From assembly GCA_035084275.1 (NCBI GenBank), contig CM068745.1:10602001-10666000 (forward strand): 64,000 nucleotides of DNA. The letters run 5' to 3'. The DNA comes from Hydrolagus colliei. Its lineage: Eukaryota. The position numbers and the translations under genes are program-made. The notes under the pieces were generated by a model, which saw only the letters and a list, made by a program, of their open reading frames with translations, was not told the origin of the DNA and did not search any database. This document shows, one piece after another, positions 1 through 10,662 of this stretch. Every line of letters starts with the position of its first letter. Positions within the stretch are counted from its first letter, which is position 1.

Positions 1-4
1 TGAT

Positions 5-142
5 AGTAATAATAATAATAATAAAAATAATAATCCTTGCATTTGATATAGCGCTTTTCACAACTTATCGATGTCTCAACGCGCTTCACAGAATATACTG
101 TAAAGTGAATTGACTATACTTGTGGGTGAAACGCGGCTCCAA
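5..142 (-). mobile_element. 3' fragment of tRNA-derived/Deu-type SINE with L2-like tail
   Basis: Reverse complement reads GCCGCGTTTCACCCACAA...GTGAAGCGCGTTGAGACATC...GTGAAAAGCGCTATATCAAATGCAAGGA(TTA)n, the tail shared by many SINE copies in this window. Confidence 0.85.
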
Positions 143-611
143 ATGCTTCAAACACGGTTGCCCTGCAAAGCTTCACCCAAGTGACCCAATCAGTGAGTAT
201 CGTCAGCCTATTCAGTTGTGGAGGACATCACAGTTGAAGTCATCCTGATCTCACTCAAGGATGGCAATCAGGACCCCCAGCTGATATTTTTCTAGACAAG
301 AGGATGCTGAAGTGGTGCAAATGTGGCATCCATGTGTAGAATTTAACATAAAAAGCAGATTAAACATGAGCCTGTATGGATAATATTACCAACTGAATAA
401 CTGTGCAGACAGTTCCTTAAACAACACAATGAATCTCCACTGATGATTTTGTGGGAAAGGGAGTCAAACGTTTCCAGGTGAGAAAAGAAAAATGAAGAAA
501 CAAATGCAACATCGCATGCTATTCAAAGACCTACTTCTTCCTCCCTGTAGTATTTATTGCCAAGTAGGCCCTGGTCATTCTCACAGCTGCTAGTGACTAT
601 TCTTTTGCATT
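143..611. repeat. ~470-bp inverted duplicate of 33543-34018
   Basis: By-eye alignment to the reverse complement of 33543-34018, e.g. CCCTGCAAAGCTTCACCCAAGTGACCC and GGATGGCAATCAGGACCCCCAGCTGATATTTTTCTAG; roughly 93-95% identical with a 6-bp indel. Confidence 0.93.
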
Positions 612-923
612 TTAATAATAATAATTGTTGCATTTGATATAGCGCTTTTCACATCTTCTAGATGTCTCAAAGCACTTCACAGAATATACATAAAGTGAAT
701 TGACTGCATATTTGTGGGTGAAACCCAGTAGCCAATTGCACGCAGCAGTGTCCCACAAACAGTCATGGATTGAAAATGACCAAGTTCTTTTCATTATTAT
801 GTTTTTTTGGATGGATTATTATTAGGCATGTGGAGTAAGGAAACTTGCCCAAAATCAGCCTGGATTTGAACGCAGGTCTCACGGATGTAAGGCAATCCTC
901 TAACCACTGAGCTATGAGCTCCA
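612..923 (-). mobile_element. Full-length tRNA-headed SINE (chondrichthyan SINE2/DeuSINE type)
   Basis: Head with A-box (TAGCTCAGTGG) and B-box (GTTCAAATCC), body CTGTTTGTGGGACACTGCTG, L2-like tail with (TTA)n. Confidence 0.88.
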
Positions 924-1108
924 TGATCATAATGGGAGTAGTTCAGTGGTTAGCACACTTGCCTGTGGTCTGAACCCACTTTTCCTGTAAAATGAAAATT
1001 TGTAAGAATAAAAACACCAGCCTTAATTGTGAGATTCACAAATATCGAATCTGGAACTATGATAATGACCTCAGTGAGATCCAAACTCATTCCTTTAGTC
1101 CGTGATTG

Positions 1109-1460
1109 TGTGGAGTCCTGTAGCTCAGTGGTTAGAGCCTCGCAAACACAAGATCTGGCTTCAATTCACGGCAAGGCGAAACATTGGCCAAGTTTCTTAC
1201 TCCACACACCTGTTTACCAAGCAGTAAGTAGGAACCCAGTTGTTAATAGATTGATTTCTGGGGATAGATGCACAATTGCCTATTTACTCATCCATTGTCC
1301 ACTTTTAGATCTTAATACTTCCCAGTTTTTTGTGTGAATATTGCTGTGAGCAAATTGGCTGCCTTAGCCACCCACAAATAATCGGTCACATCTATTTGAA
1401 GCACAAGAGAAATTCTCAATGCTACAGGTGCTATATATATCAAAAGCAAGCCAAATTATT
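1109..1460 (+). mobile_element. tRNA-headed SINE with a degraded 3' part
   Basis: TGTGGAGTCCTGTAGCTCAGTGGTTAGAGC head; decayed CAAATTGGCTGCC and tail motifs. Confidence 0.75.
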
Positions 1461-1987
1461 TTTATCATCATTCTCATTATATTAAACGCAAAAGCGTTTT
1501 ACTAAAACAGAAGTTTTGAAGGAATTATATGAAAATTGTTTTCTTGTTTACCTGTTAATAAGGCAATCATGTATTCACATCTTGTACCACAAACAGCAGT
1601 TTTAAACCACAGCTAGGCTAAGGAAATGACTATCAAGACTGCAACAGAGGGTAGACTCGATTCTGCCAATCCATTGCAAAGCATGACACCTTGGAGCCAG
1701 TTCTACTGAAAGGACACCAAACTTTGATTCATGGTTTTCATGGTAGTTCACCAATTTATTTTGACAATACCCTCCTCCTTAGTTAATATTCTGTCGAAAT
1801 AAAGTGCTGAATTACGATGAAAACCTGAAACAGCTTTACCTTATTTTTCATTTCTCATTTTGTGTTAAACGCTCTGTAATTTCACTCACATTTTGTTCAC
1901 ACTTTATGCAAAAAACATTTTCTTTCTTTTTGCTGGATTTGAGTTTCAGAATGAGCCGAGTGACTGATCTTGCTGTGTGCTTTCCAG

Positions 1988-2103
1988 AGCGAGAGAAGAA
2001 TGATCACATCCCCACAGCAGTCTTCAAAGTACTGCAGTTGGAAAGTGAAATGGGAAATGAACTGAAGTTCAATGACCCAATGTGGCCTAAGCAGTGGGAG
2101 CTG
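1988..2103 (+). CDS. Exon A of a proprotein convertase subtilisin/kexin (PCSK, S8B) gene; N-terminus of the catalytic domain (partial gene)
   Basis: Encodes (E)REKNDHIPTAVFKVLQLESEMGNELKFNDPMWPKQWEL, with the convertase FNDPxW/FPxQWxL motif. Ends at donor CTG|GTAAGC (2104), phase 0, where furin/PCSK1/PCSK2 also have an intron. The 5' boundary is uncertain: TTTCCAG|1988 preferred, alternatives 1990 or 1950. Confidence 0.85.
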
Positions 2104-2394
2104 GTAAGCATTGCATCACTCATCATTCATTTTTGACTTTTAACCCTCTAAGCAAAAGCTTCTCATATGTTCTTTTCCCCCCATGCAAACACGCACACAA
2201 AAGGTGGGATCATCACAAATAAATCTAAAGAAACGTGTTATTCTATTATTGTCGCTTTCTGTGTTTAATGAGTCTTAAATCGGTTTACATTTTATCCCAA
2301 CAAATGAGCAGTTTAATTTGACAACTTTCTGTTTTATTCTGTCATTGTTATCAATTACCATGTAAAAATTCCTATAAAATGGACTCAAATAACT

Positions 2395-2875
2395 TAGCTG
2401 TAATATCACAATGTTAAATCCTCATTTACCAATATCTCACAGTTACATTTCCCAGTTGATTATATTTCACAGATATAATCTATATTTATCAATATCTCAT
2501 GGAGCTTACATTTCACATCTCACACAGTTACAATTTTCAGTTGTTAATTTCTCATGCAGTTACAATCAAGATTTGTTAATACTGTATATCCTGCAGTTGT
2601 AATTCCCAGGTGCTAATATCTTTCAAAGTTACAATTCACACAGTTAATATCTCACTTAGTCACAATCCGATATACCATGATCTAATGTAGTTACAATTCA
2701 CAATTGTTCATATTTCACTCAGTTACAAATCGCAGATGCTGCCATCTCACTCATTTGCGGATATCTCTTACAAATGACAATTTGTTTGCTGATGTACCTA
2801 TGCAGTATGCAATGCATGTTTGCTGACATCGTCATACAGTTTACAAATCATGCTTGCTGAGATCTCTTGAGTTCA
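2395..2875. repeat. Degenerate ~32-bp minisatellite, about 14-15 units
   Basis: Recurrent (G/C)TAATATCTCACACAGTTACAATT(C/T)-like units at ~30-33 bp spacing, with no unique spacers. Confidence 0.75.
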
Positions 2876-3019
2876 GGTGTGTTTGTCCTTCATAATCCGC
2901 GTTTACCTTTGCTTCCAGGCAGTCTGTGATCTGCATTTGCTAGTCTTCTCCAGTATTTCTCTCTTTTTCTGAAGACACTGACTTATGATGAGGTATATCT
3001 CAATGAGCACCCTTTGCCC

Positions 3020-3312
3020 TCTGGTCCCTCACTCTAGCGACCATTCTTCATCGGCGGGTGAGCCTTCAGCCACTCTGCCGCCAACCTTTGGAATTCCATC
3101 CTGCAATCCCTCCGCCTCGCCCCCTCCCTAGCCACCTTCAAGGCCCATCTCAAGATGCTCCTCTTTCAAGATGCCATCAGTCACCCCACTTCCCTCCACC
3201 CTCCCTGATCCTGACTCCAGCTTTGGTCCGAAACCCTGACTGTCCAGTGCCTTGGGACATCCTCCAAACGTGAAAGGTGCTGTACAAATGTAATTTTGTT
3301 ATTGCTGTTGTT
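3020..3312 (+). mobile_element. L2 LINE 3' end fragment
   Basis: GAGCCTTCAGCCACTCTG...TGGAATTCCATCC (RAFS...LWNS-like), then tail GTGCCTTGGGACATCCTCC...GTGAAAGGTGCT and (TTG)n. Confidence 0.8.
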
Positions 3313-3769
3313 GTATAAACTAATCAAGTACAGTCGAAAATAGAAATAAAAAGAAAATCCATATGGAGCTTGACCAAAAATAACTCGTACCTCTGGAGAT
3401 AGAAAATCAACCGTGTTTCTGGGGGAGAAAAAATGTTGAATAACACAAAACAAAATCTGCAGTGTTAGTAACTGAAAAAAACAAATGGCATGCTTTACCT
3501 GTTGTCATCAAGCCTTATGTAGGTACATAAGGTAGATAGATAGGTACGCACGCGTGTGTATGTACGTATATGTAGGTATGTACATATTGAGGTAGTGAGG
3601 AGGTTAACCTGTGTATTAACCTTGGGTTAATATCAGTGGCGCACCCTTTGGCAGGGGGTGGGAGGAGATCAGGGAGACTTATGACCCCACAATCTCTTTG
3701 AAGTCAGTCAAACTGTATGTCAATCAACCAAAACTAACTGCGTATAACTTAATCATCTATAAATTCACG

Positions 3770-4075
3770 ATCATGTTGCCATTATGAATCTTGTGCCAAG
3801 GTAACATAGCATTGGAAGATTGTTAGCCAGAACAAAGAGAGAAGATCCCTTCTCTTTTTGAATTGTGCCATGGAATTTTTAAAATACACCTGAACCGGCA
3901 GATTGGACCTCAGTTCTTTCATCCAAAGAACTGCATCTCCAACAATGTAATGCACACCAGCACTGCATTGGAGTATCAGCTAAGACTATGTGAATTCAAG
4001 TCTTGACTCGGGGCTTGAATGCAAAACGTTCTGAGTCAGAAGAAGGTACTGTTCAATTGAGCCAGCCTGACACCA
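3770..4075 (-). mobile_element. Old Deu-domain SINE (SacSINE1-like), degraded
   Basis: Decayed reverse complement of the GGTGTCAGGCTGGCTCA head and of the GATGAAAG...TTCAGGTG...ATTCCATGGCAC Deu-domain motifs. Confidence 0.65.
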
Positions 4076-4930
4076 GAGTCTTACAGGAATACCTGGTTAT
4101 AAAATCTTGGTTAAAACTACCTATAGGGTCATTATCAATTTCTTCAGGTCACTGATGAAACTTGAGCAGTGCTAAGTTTCTTTGTCTGTCCCAACTTTCA
4201 GCTCGAGTCTCCTTCACTGCGCTTCATATGACCTGCTCTGTTGCAAATGTAGCTCAATTTATGTAGGTTGAAAAGGGATGCACAGTATATGCCACTGCAT
4301 ATTTTAGCCTCATTACTTCTTTGTACAAAATAGTTTGAGCTAGAAAGTGTGAGTATCAGAAGATAGCAACCTGACATTTAATACTGTTAAAGAATATGAA
4401 TTAGATCAATTCTCATTGTGTTAACCCTTTCCACTGAAACTCTTTACTCTGAGCTTTCAATGAATTTTAATTCTATTTTTAGAGAATTTCACCACATTAT
4501 TTGATATTGCTTTGATAGATGCTGCAAATTCAGGATATTGTTTTACTCTACCAATAGAGAGCATAATTAATGAGTGCTTAATTTCTCTTTAAATTTAGTT
4601 AAATACTGTATATTGTATATTTCAAAAATGCAGAATAGTTAATCTTGTGAATAAATAGTCTATTCCATGTTATACAAATGTAAATGTTTGTTTAACAAAG
4701 ATGTTCATTTTCAATGAACAATGTTGCCATTTAATTTGTATTTATTTTTTGGTAAATTATATTTGATTTTTAGTGATCTTTTTGACTAGAAAACTGACCA
4801 AATTTGGATTATAATTATACCATGGACATCACTTGCATTTTGCTGATCATGAAGGCATCACCACTGACAATGGGCAAGCAATAACTCTTGCCATGTGCAC
4901 TATTTGAGGTGCAGCCATTATTGGCATGTA

Positions 4931-5270
4931 TGTGGAGTTCTGTAGCTCAGTGGTTAGAGCACTTACCTTACAAGCGAGAGACCTGGGTTCAATTCCCAGC
5001 AGGGCGAAACTGTGGGCAAGTTTCCTTCTTCATGTGCATAATCACTCGAGGAAGTATATGTGGGTGAAACTTGGCAGCCAATTGTGCAGCCAATTTATTG
5101 GTCATTTCAATCCGCAACTGTTTGTGAGACACTGCTGTGCACAATTGGCTGCCAAGTTTCACCCACATATACAGTCAATTCACTTTACAATATATTCTAT
5201 GAAGTGCTTTGGGACGTCTAGAATAAATATGTGAAAAGTACTATACCAAATCAAAGGATGATTATTATTA
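4931..5270 (+). mobile_element. Full-length tRNA-headed SINE with an internal inverted duplication
   Basis: Head TGTGGAGTTCTGTAGCTCAGTGGTTAGAGCAC...GGTTCAATTCCC and tail (TTA)n; 5054-5088 is the exact reverse complement of 5138-5172. Confidence 0.9.
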
Positions 5271-5522
5271 TCAATACATAGCATTACATTATAACACCAT
5301 TTCTCAGTGCCTTTCATTTCAGGAGGAAAGTGCTTGACAATGCTTGATGGGCATCTGAGCTGGGGGTGTGAGTCAATGAGGGTGGAAAAGCAAAAGAGTG
5401 ACCAAAAGTGCGGTCAAGGGGGAATATTTTGAGATGTTCCTTGAATGGGGGGAGGGAGGGATTTGAGGAAATCTTCCTCAGATCTCAAGGCTCTTAAAAT
5501 AATCATTCTAAAGTTTTAGGGT

Positions 5523-5860
5523 TAGAATCATAGAATCATAGAATTTTACGGCACAAAAGGAAGCCATTCGGCCCATCTAGTCTGTGCCGGCTCTTTGAAA
5601 AGAGCGATTCAATCCCACTGCCCTGCCCGCTCCCCATAGCCTAATAGACCCGTTCTCCCTAAATAAAGATCTAATTCCCTTTTAAAAGTTGTTATCGAAT
5701 CAGCCTCCACCACCTTTTCAGGCAATGCATTCCAGATTCGAACAACTCGCTGAGTGAAAAAATTTCTCCTCAGCTCCCCTCTACTGCGCCTTGAAACTAT
5801 TTTAAATCTGTGACCACGAGTCACAGATTCACCCACGAGTGGAAATAGTTTTTCTCTATT
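5523..5860 (-). mobile_element. Young CR1 LINE 3' end (ORF2 C-terminus + 3' UTR)
   Basis: Minus ORF TRGHRFK...RRNFFTQRVVRIWNALP...FKRELD is the typical CR1 ORF2 C-terminus; ends in GATGGGCCGAATGGC...(ATTCTATG)n. Confidence 0.93.
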
Positions 5861-5897
5861 GTTTGCTTATTACATTTCACAGAAATAAACTATTGGA

Positions 5898-5960
5898 TAA
5901 CAACAACAAAATTACATTTATAGAGTGCCTTTCACATCGGGAGGACGTCCCAAGGTGCTG
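5898..5960 (-). mobile_element. Ultra-short L2 3'-tail insertion
   Basis: Reverse complement CAGCACCTTGGGACGTCCTCCCGATGTGAAAGGCACTCTATAAATGTAAT(TTG)n. Confidence 0.8.
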
Positions 5961-7024
5961 AGCACTAGATCAAATGCAAGTTCTTTTTTAATAGTACATA
6001 TTTAGCTGCAGTAGGAAAAATCTAATAGAATTGCATTGAATTCTGACAGTGTAATTGATATTTTGGTACTAAAATTATGCACTTGTACTATTGTCACAAA
6101 AAATAAACAAATATGAATGATTCATCAATCAGATGCTCCCACTTAAAAAGTTACAGAGTATAATACAGTAGTGATCTCAACTGTGGTTTTACAATGAGCA
6201 TTGAAACTGATTATCTACGAACCATGAAACTTTTAGACATGTGTAACTGCAGACTGATATTTATAAGAAGGGAAATTGCTCCGACACATTTGAATGTGTT
6301 TAAAATTCAGAATGAATATTGTTCCATCATAACAGTTACTGCGACAAATATAATTGAATTTCTCATATTCAACCCAGTCATCCAAGCACCTTATTCGTTT
6401 GAACATGATCTGTTGAGGCGAAATCCCTAGCAGACCATTGATGATACAATTTCCGCTGTCAACCTAAAATACCTAATGCAATAATTACCATGGTTTCCCC
6501 TTTTTCGCTCTCGTGGTGTGAAAGAGTACACATTGTTTTGCTCATTCAAGCTGTAGTAGATTCCGTTGTGTTGTGTCTGTGATTTAAGTAAAAAGCTTCA
6601 ATGTATTTCAGATGAAGCTTGATGTATACAATAACAACAAATTTCATTTTTATGTTGGAAAGACATGAGGGAGAAGGGAAATAGAGAAACATAGGAGAGG
6701 TGGAGTCTTCTGTGGAATATAAACACAGGCGTGGACTCTTTGGGATAAATCTGCTATAATATTCAATGTACTTGTGGCAAATCTCTTATATGTAATGCAT
6801 GGTCCAAATGGAGTAAACACAATGGACCGAATAGCCACATTCTGTACTGTAAATTTCTATGGTTCTAAAATTCTAAACAAAATCTTATTTAAGCAATGTA
6901 TAGACATAATACTAATAATACTAATAAACGTTAAAGCGCTGGTATTGTCTATATTTAGGTTTATCAATATCTGGTCAATATCTGGACAATAGGGTGCTGT
7001 TAAATTTGAAGACTATAGAAATTA

Positions 7025-7215
7025 GAGTAATAATATAATAATACTGTACTTGCATTTGGTACAGTGCCTTATCATATATCTGGACGTCTCAAAGCGCTTC
7101 ACAGAGTATACTGTAAAGTGAATTGACTGTATATTTGTGGGCAAAACACGGCAGGCAAGTGTACACAGCACTGTCACACAAGAAGTCACGGAGTGAAATG
7201 ACCAATTTATTATTG
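7025..7215 (-). mobile_element. SINE 3' half
   Basis: Same tail consensus (CAGTCAATTCACTTTACAGTATACTCTGTGAAGCGCTTTGAGACGTC) on the minus strand. Confidence 0.8.
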
Positions 7216-7579
7216 TTATCATAAGGTTGTTCTTGTCTAAATATAAATCCAGACAAATGGATTGGAATGTCCTCTTCCTGTCTTGTTTGTTTCTACTTCA
7301 TTGTTTGAATATGGAAACTCCAGAGTCTATTGTGAGTTTCAGGAGTGAAGTAGGCAGGTATATCAAAGATAATTGTTTGAAGGGATATGGGGATAAAACA
7401 GTTGAATAAGCAGCTTGCTCTGAGAGCTGGTGAATCAATGGGCTGAATGTCATCCTCCTGTGATATATATTTTTATGTTCCTATATTAGCTAGGCAACAT
7501 CTAGGTGCATTATGATTGCCGGCTGATTGCCTGGATGTTGCAGTAGGCAATTTGGGTTTGAATTCAATCCAGAGTAGGC

Positions 7580-9120
7580 TGAAACAACAACAACAACTTG
7601 CATTTAAATAGCACCCTTCACACGGAATAGCATCTTGCAGTACTACACAATGGTGTTATTGGAAGCCGAGCAAGAAAGAAGTGGGAGGGGGAGATGACCT
7701 TCAAATTGATCAAAGAGATGATTTAAGGTGGGATTAAAGAGGGGTCAAGACTGAAGGGTTGAGGCAGGGAATTCCAGAGTTTAGAAGCATAGTGTGGAAG
7801 TCTTCTTTCACTGCAAACTACAACAACAATTTGCAAATATATAGCGAACTTCACCTGGGTTAGCATTCCGGAGTGCTTGGCAGTGGGCTGATGGCCTGGA
7901 TGTTCGTGTAGGAGCGTCTGACCTCAATCCAGGGGCAGATGGAGAGGATGGTCTTGTTTGTTCCTATGTCATTGTTGGAATAATCAAAAAGAAATTATCG
8001 TAAGCACGATCAAAAAGGAAGGTCTTTAGGCGGGATTTGAAATTGGTGATGGAGGGGACAAGGTGTAGGGATTGAGAGCGAGTTCCAGCGTTTCAGGGCA
8101 TAGTGGCTGAACAGGTAGCCACTGATGGTAGAGTGGAGGGGACAAACAGGAGGCCGGAGCAGGCCAAGTGGAGGCAGCAGGAGGTGAAATGGGGGGTAAG
8201 CAACAAATTGCATTCATGTAGTGCTTTTCACATCAGAAGGACGTCCCAAGGCGCTGGTCAGTCCGGGATCTGGACCCGAGCTGGTGGTTGGGATCAGGAG
8301 GGGTGGAGGGCAACGAGGGCAACGAGGGCAGGGGTAGGATGGTGACTGAAAGCATGGTCGAAAAGGAGGATCTTGAGATGGGTGTTGAAGGAGGCAAAGG
8401 AGGTGGCAAGGTGGAAGAACAGTGGGATGAAGTTCCAGAGGGTGGTGGCAGAGAGGCTGAAGACCTACCTGCCAATTATGGGGCAGGCAAGGCAGGGGAT
8501 GTGAAGCAGGCCCGAACCCACTGAACAGAGGTGTTAGAATGGGTTGGTAAGGGGTTAGGAGGTCACATAGTTAGGGAGGAGCAAGGCCATGGGGGGGCAT
8601 TGTCGGTGAAGAGCAGGATCTTGAACTGTATCCTCTGAATGATGGGGAGGCAGGGGAGCTGGACTAGGACTAGGACAGGATCGTGCCATGGAGTCTGGTG
8701 CGGGAGAGGACATGGGCTGCAGAGTTCAGGATGAACTGCAGCCTGTGGAGTAGTTGGGAAGGCTGGCAAGCAGGGAGTTTCTGTAGTCAAGCCTGGATGT
8801 TACGAATGCGTGGATGAGGGTCTCAGAGGTCTGCGGTAAGAAACAGTGATGAGCCGAGCAATGCTTTGGAGATGGGTAACGCTGGAGTGGATCATCTGGA
8901 TGTGAGGAATGAAGGACAGTTGAGGGTCGAGCAGGATGCTAAGACTCTGTATTGAAGCAGATTGGATAGGTAGGTGCGAGGGGCATGGCAGGATTTCAAA
9001 ACAAATGATAGGATCTTGAAATTGATCTGTTTGGTAATTGGGAGACAATAGATCCTGGCAAGAGGTGGTGTGATGAGGGATATGGAATTTTGTGGGGATG
9101 ACTCTCTGGGCAGCAAAGTT
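7580..9120 (-). mobile_element. Cluster of fragmented L2 LINE 3' regions
   Basis: Minus-strand translations such as LPIIQRIQFKILLFT, LPITKQINFKILSF and ILLDPQLSFIPHI, plus several (CAA)n-TTGCATT tails. Confidence 0.8.
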
Positions 9121-9642
9121 TCAATTAGTTGAACTAAGAATCTTAGGTGAAATTAATTTGGGCCGCCTCAACCTGGAACTGTCTGCATTTTCCAAAAATT
9201 GGCATCAAATTCATAATTCTCACTTTTGCTCCTTTTATACTGCTGGAAGTGAAGTGATATCCCTGCAAGCAGAGGAGCAACGGGAGCAGGAAGCCTGAAT
9301 TTAGGTTTCCTGTTCCCATTGGCAGAGGTCTCAAGTGAATTCTCACATTTGCAGAACTCCAATACCTGAAGTGACCTAAATGAACATTAAAACCTGGTTA
9401 GCAGCGGAGTCAAATTGGTTTGTCACAAAACGCAGTAGAAATGGGAGATCATAGACACAATAAATCCTATCCACATTGACACAGTAGGGAATGTTTTTCT
9501 GAGAGCAGGAGAAAAGTATTTTAATAAAGGCATTTTGGGCTATGATATGGCTGAGCCTGGGAGTTCTTGATGTTCACATAGAGTCTACAAGCCATCAAAT
9601 GGAAGATAATCTTACTTTTATAATAATATATTATACTGTATT

Positions 9643-9940
9643 ATAATAATAATCCTTGCATTTGAAATAGTGCTTTTCATGTCTTTTAGACGTCTCAAAG
9701 CACTTCACAGGTAAAGTGATTTGATTGAATATGTTGTGGGTGAAACGCGGCCAATTGAGTACAGTCGTGTCCCATAAACAGTCGTGAATTCAGGTGCCAA
9801 TTCATTATTAATTTTTTGAGGAATTATTATCAGGCACATCAAGTAAGGAAACTTGCCCAAGGTTTCTCCCTGCCTGGAATCGAACCCAGGTCTCACACTT
9901 GCAAGGCGTGTGCTTTAACCACTGAGCTACAGGACTCCAC
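9643..9940 (-). mobile_element. Full-length tRNA-headed SINE
   Basis: Reverse complement begins GTGGAGTCCTGTAGCTCAGTGGTTAAAGCAC...GGGTTCGATTCC; L2-like tail. Confidence 0.9.
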
Positions 9941-10596
9941 GTATATCTATTACTAAGGTAGAGCTCTGTGATCCACTGTGAGGAGTTTTTTTTTTACTTT
10001 GCCATGTTGCCAAAACCTGATCAGGACAATTTTCTGATCAGTTTCAAATGTTCCACAATTTTACCTGATCCAAGTTACAAAAAGTACATTTTACAAATTC
10101 ATCGTAAGAAATAAAATGCGGCAACATTTGTGGACGTGCTGTAGACTCTGAGGGAAATCATTATTTTGCATTCCGAGGAAACTGACAGTAGCATGCTAAT
10201 TTCTTCCCCACATCGTTGACTTACAATCAATGCAGTGCTGGGGATCACTGTATTGTCAGAGTGAGACATTTAGATAACGGGAAAAGGTTCGAAATCATGT
10301 GCAAGGATTAATATTAAACAAACCAATATCCCGGATCTTGCATTTACCTGCATTAAAATCAATCCACATAGTTGCTTCACTTTTCAGCAATTACCTGTGA
10401 AACTCTTTGTGATGTATATCAAATGCTAAGATTCTTATCATGCACTATAGTTTGGGCCCAAATACATAATTGATCGTAATCTACTTGAATGGTATTTACT
10501 CTCCTCATCCTCACTTGCTCACATAGCTAAGAATCAGCACATTTTATAAGAGCACAAGAAAACATGCTCTTCTTCTGGACATCAATGAATATCATC

Positions 10597-10662
10597 AACA
10601 ACAACAACAAAAAATACACTTCTATAGCGCCTTTCATGTCAGGAGGACGTCCCAAGGCGCTG
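10597..10662 (-). mobile_element. Ultra-short L2 3'-tail insertion
   Basis: (CAA)n...TATAGCGCCTTTCATGTCAGGAGGACGTCCCAAGGCGCTG. Confidence 0.8.

Noticed and set aside
2395-2875. CRISPR-like periodic array
   Set aside because: Units are contiguous and degenerate, with no unique spacers and no cas genes, in a vertebrate intron; it is a minisatellite.
4931-5010. tRNA genes at SINE heads (also ~1109, 9870, 13940, 18740, 24090, 33135, 46660, 50785, 62320)
   Set aside because: A/B boxes are present but run into SINE body sequence, with variable anticodon regions and no clean acceptor stem.
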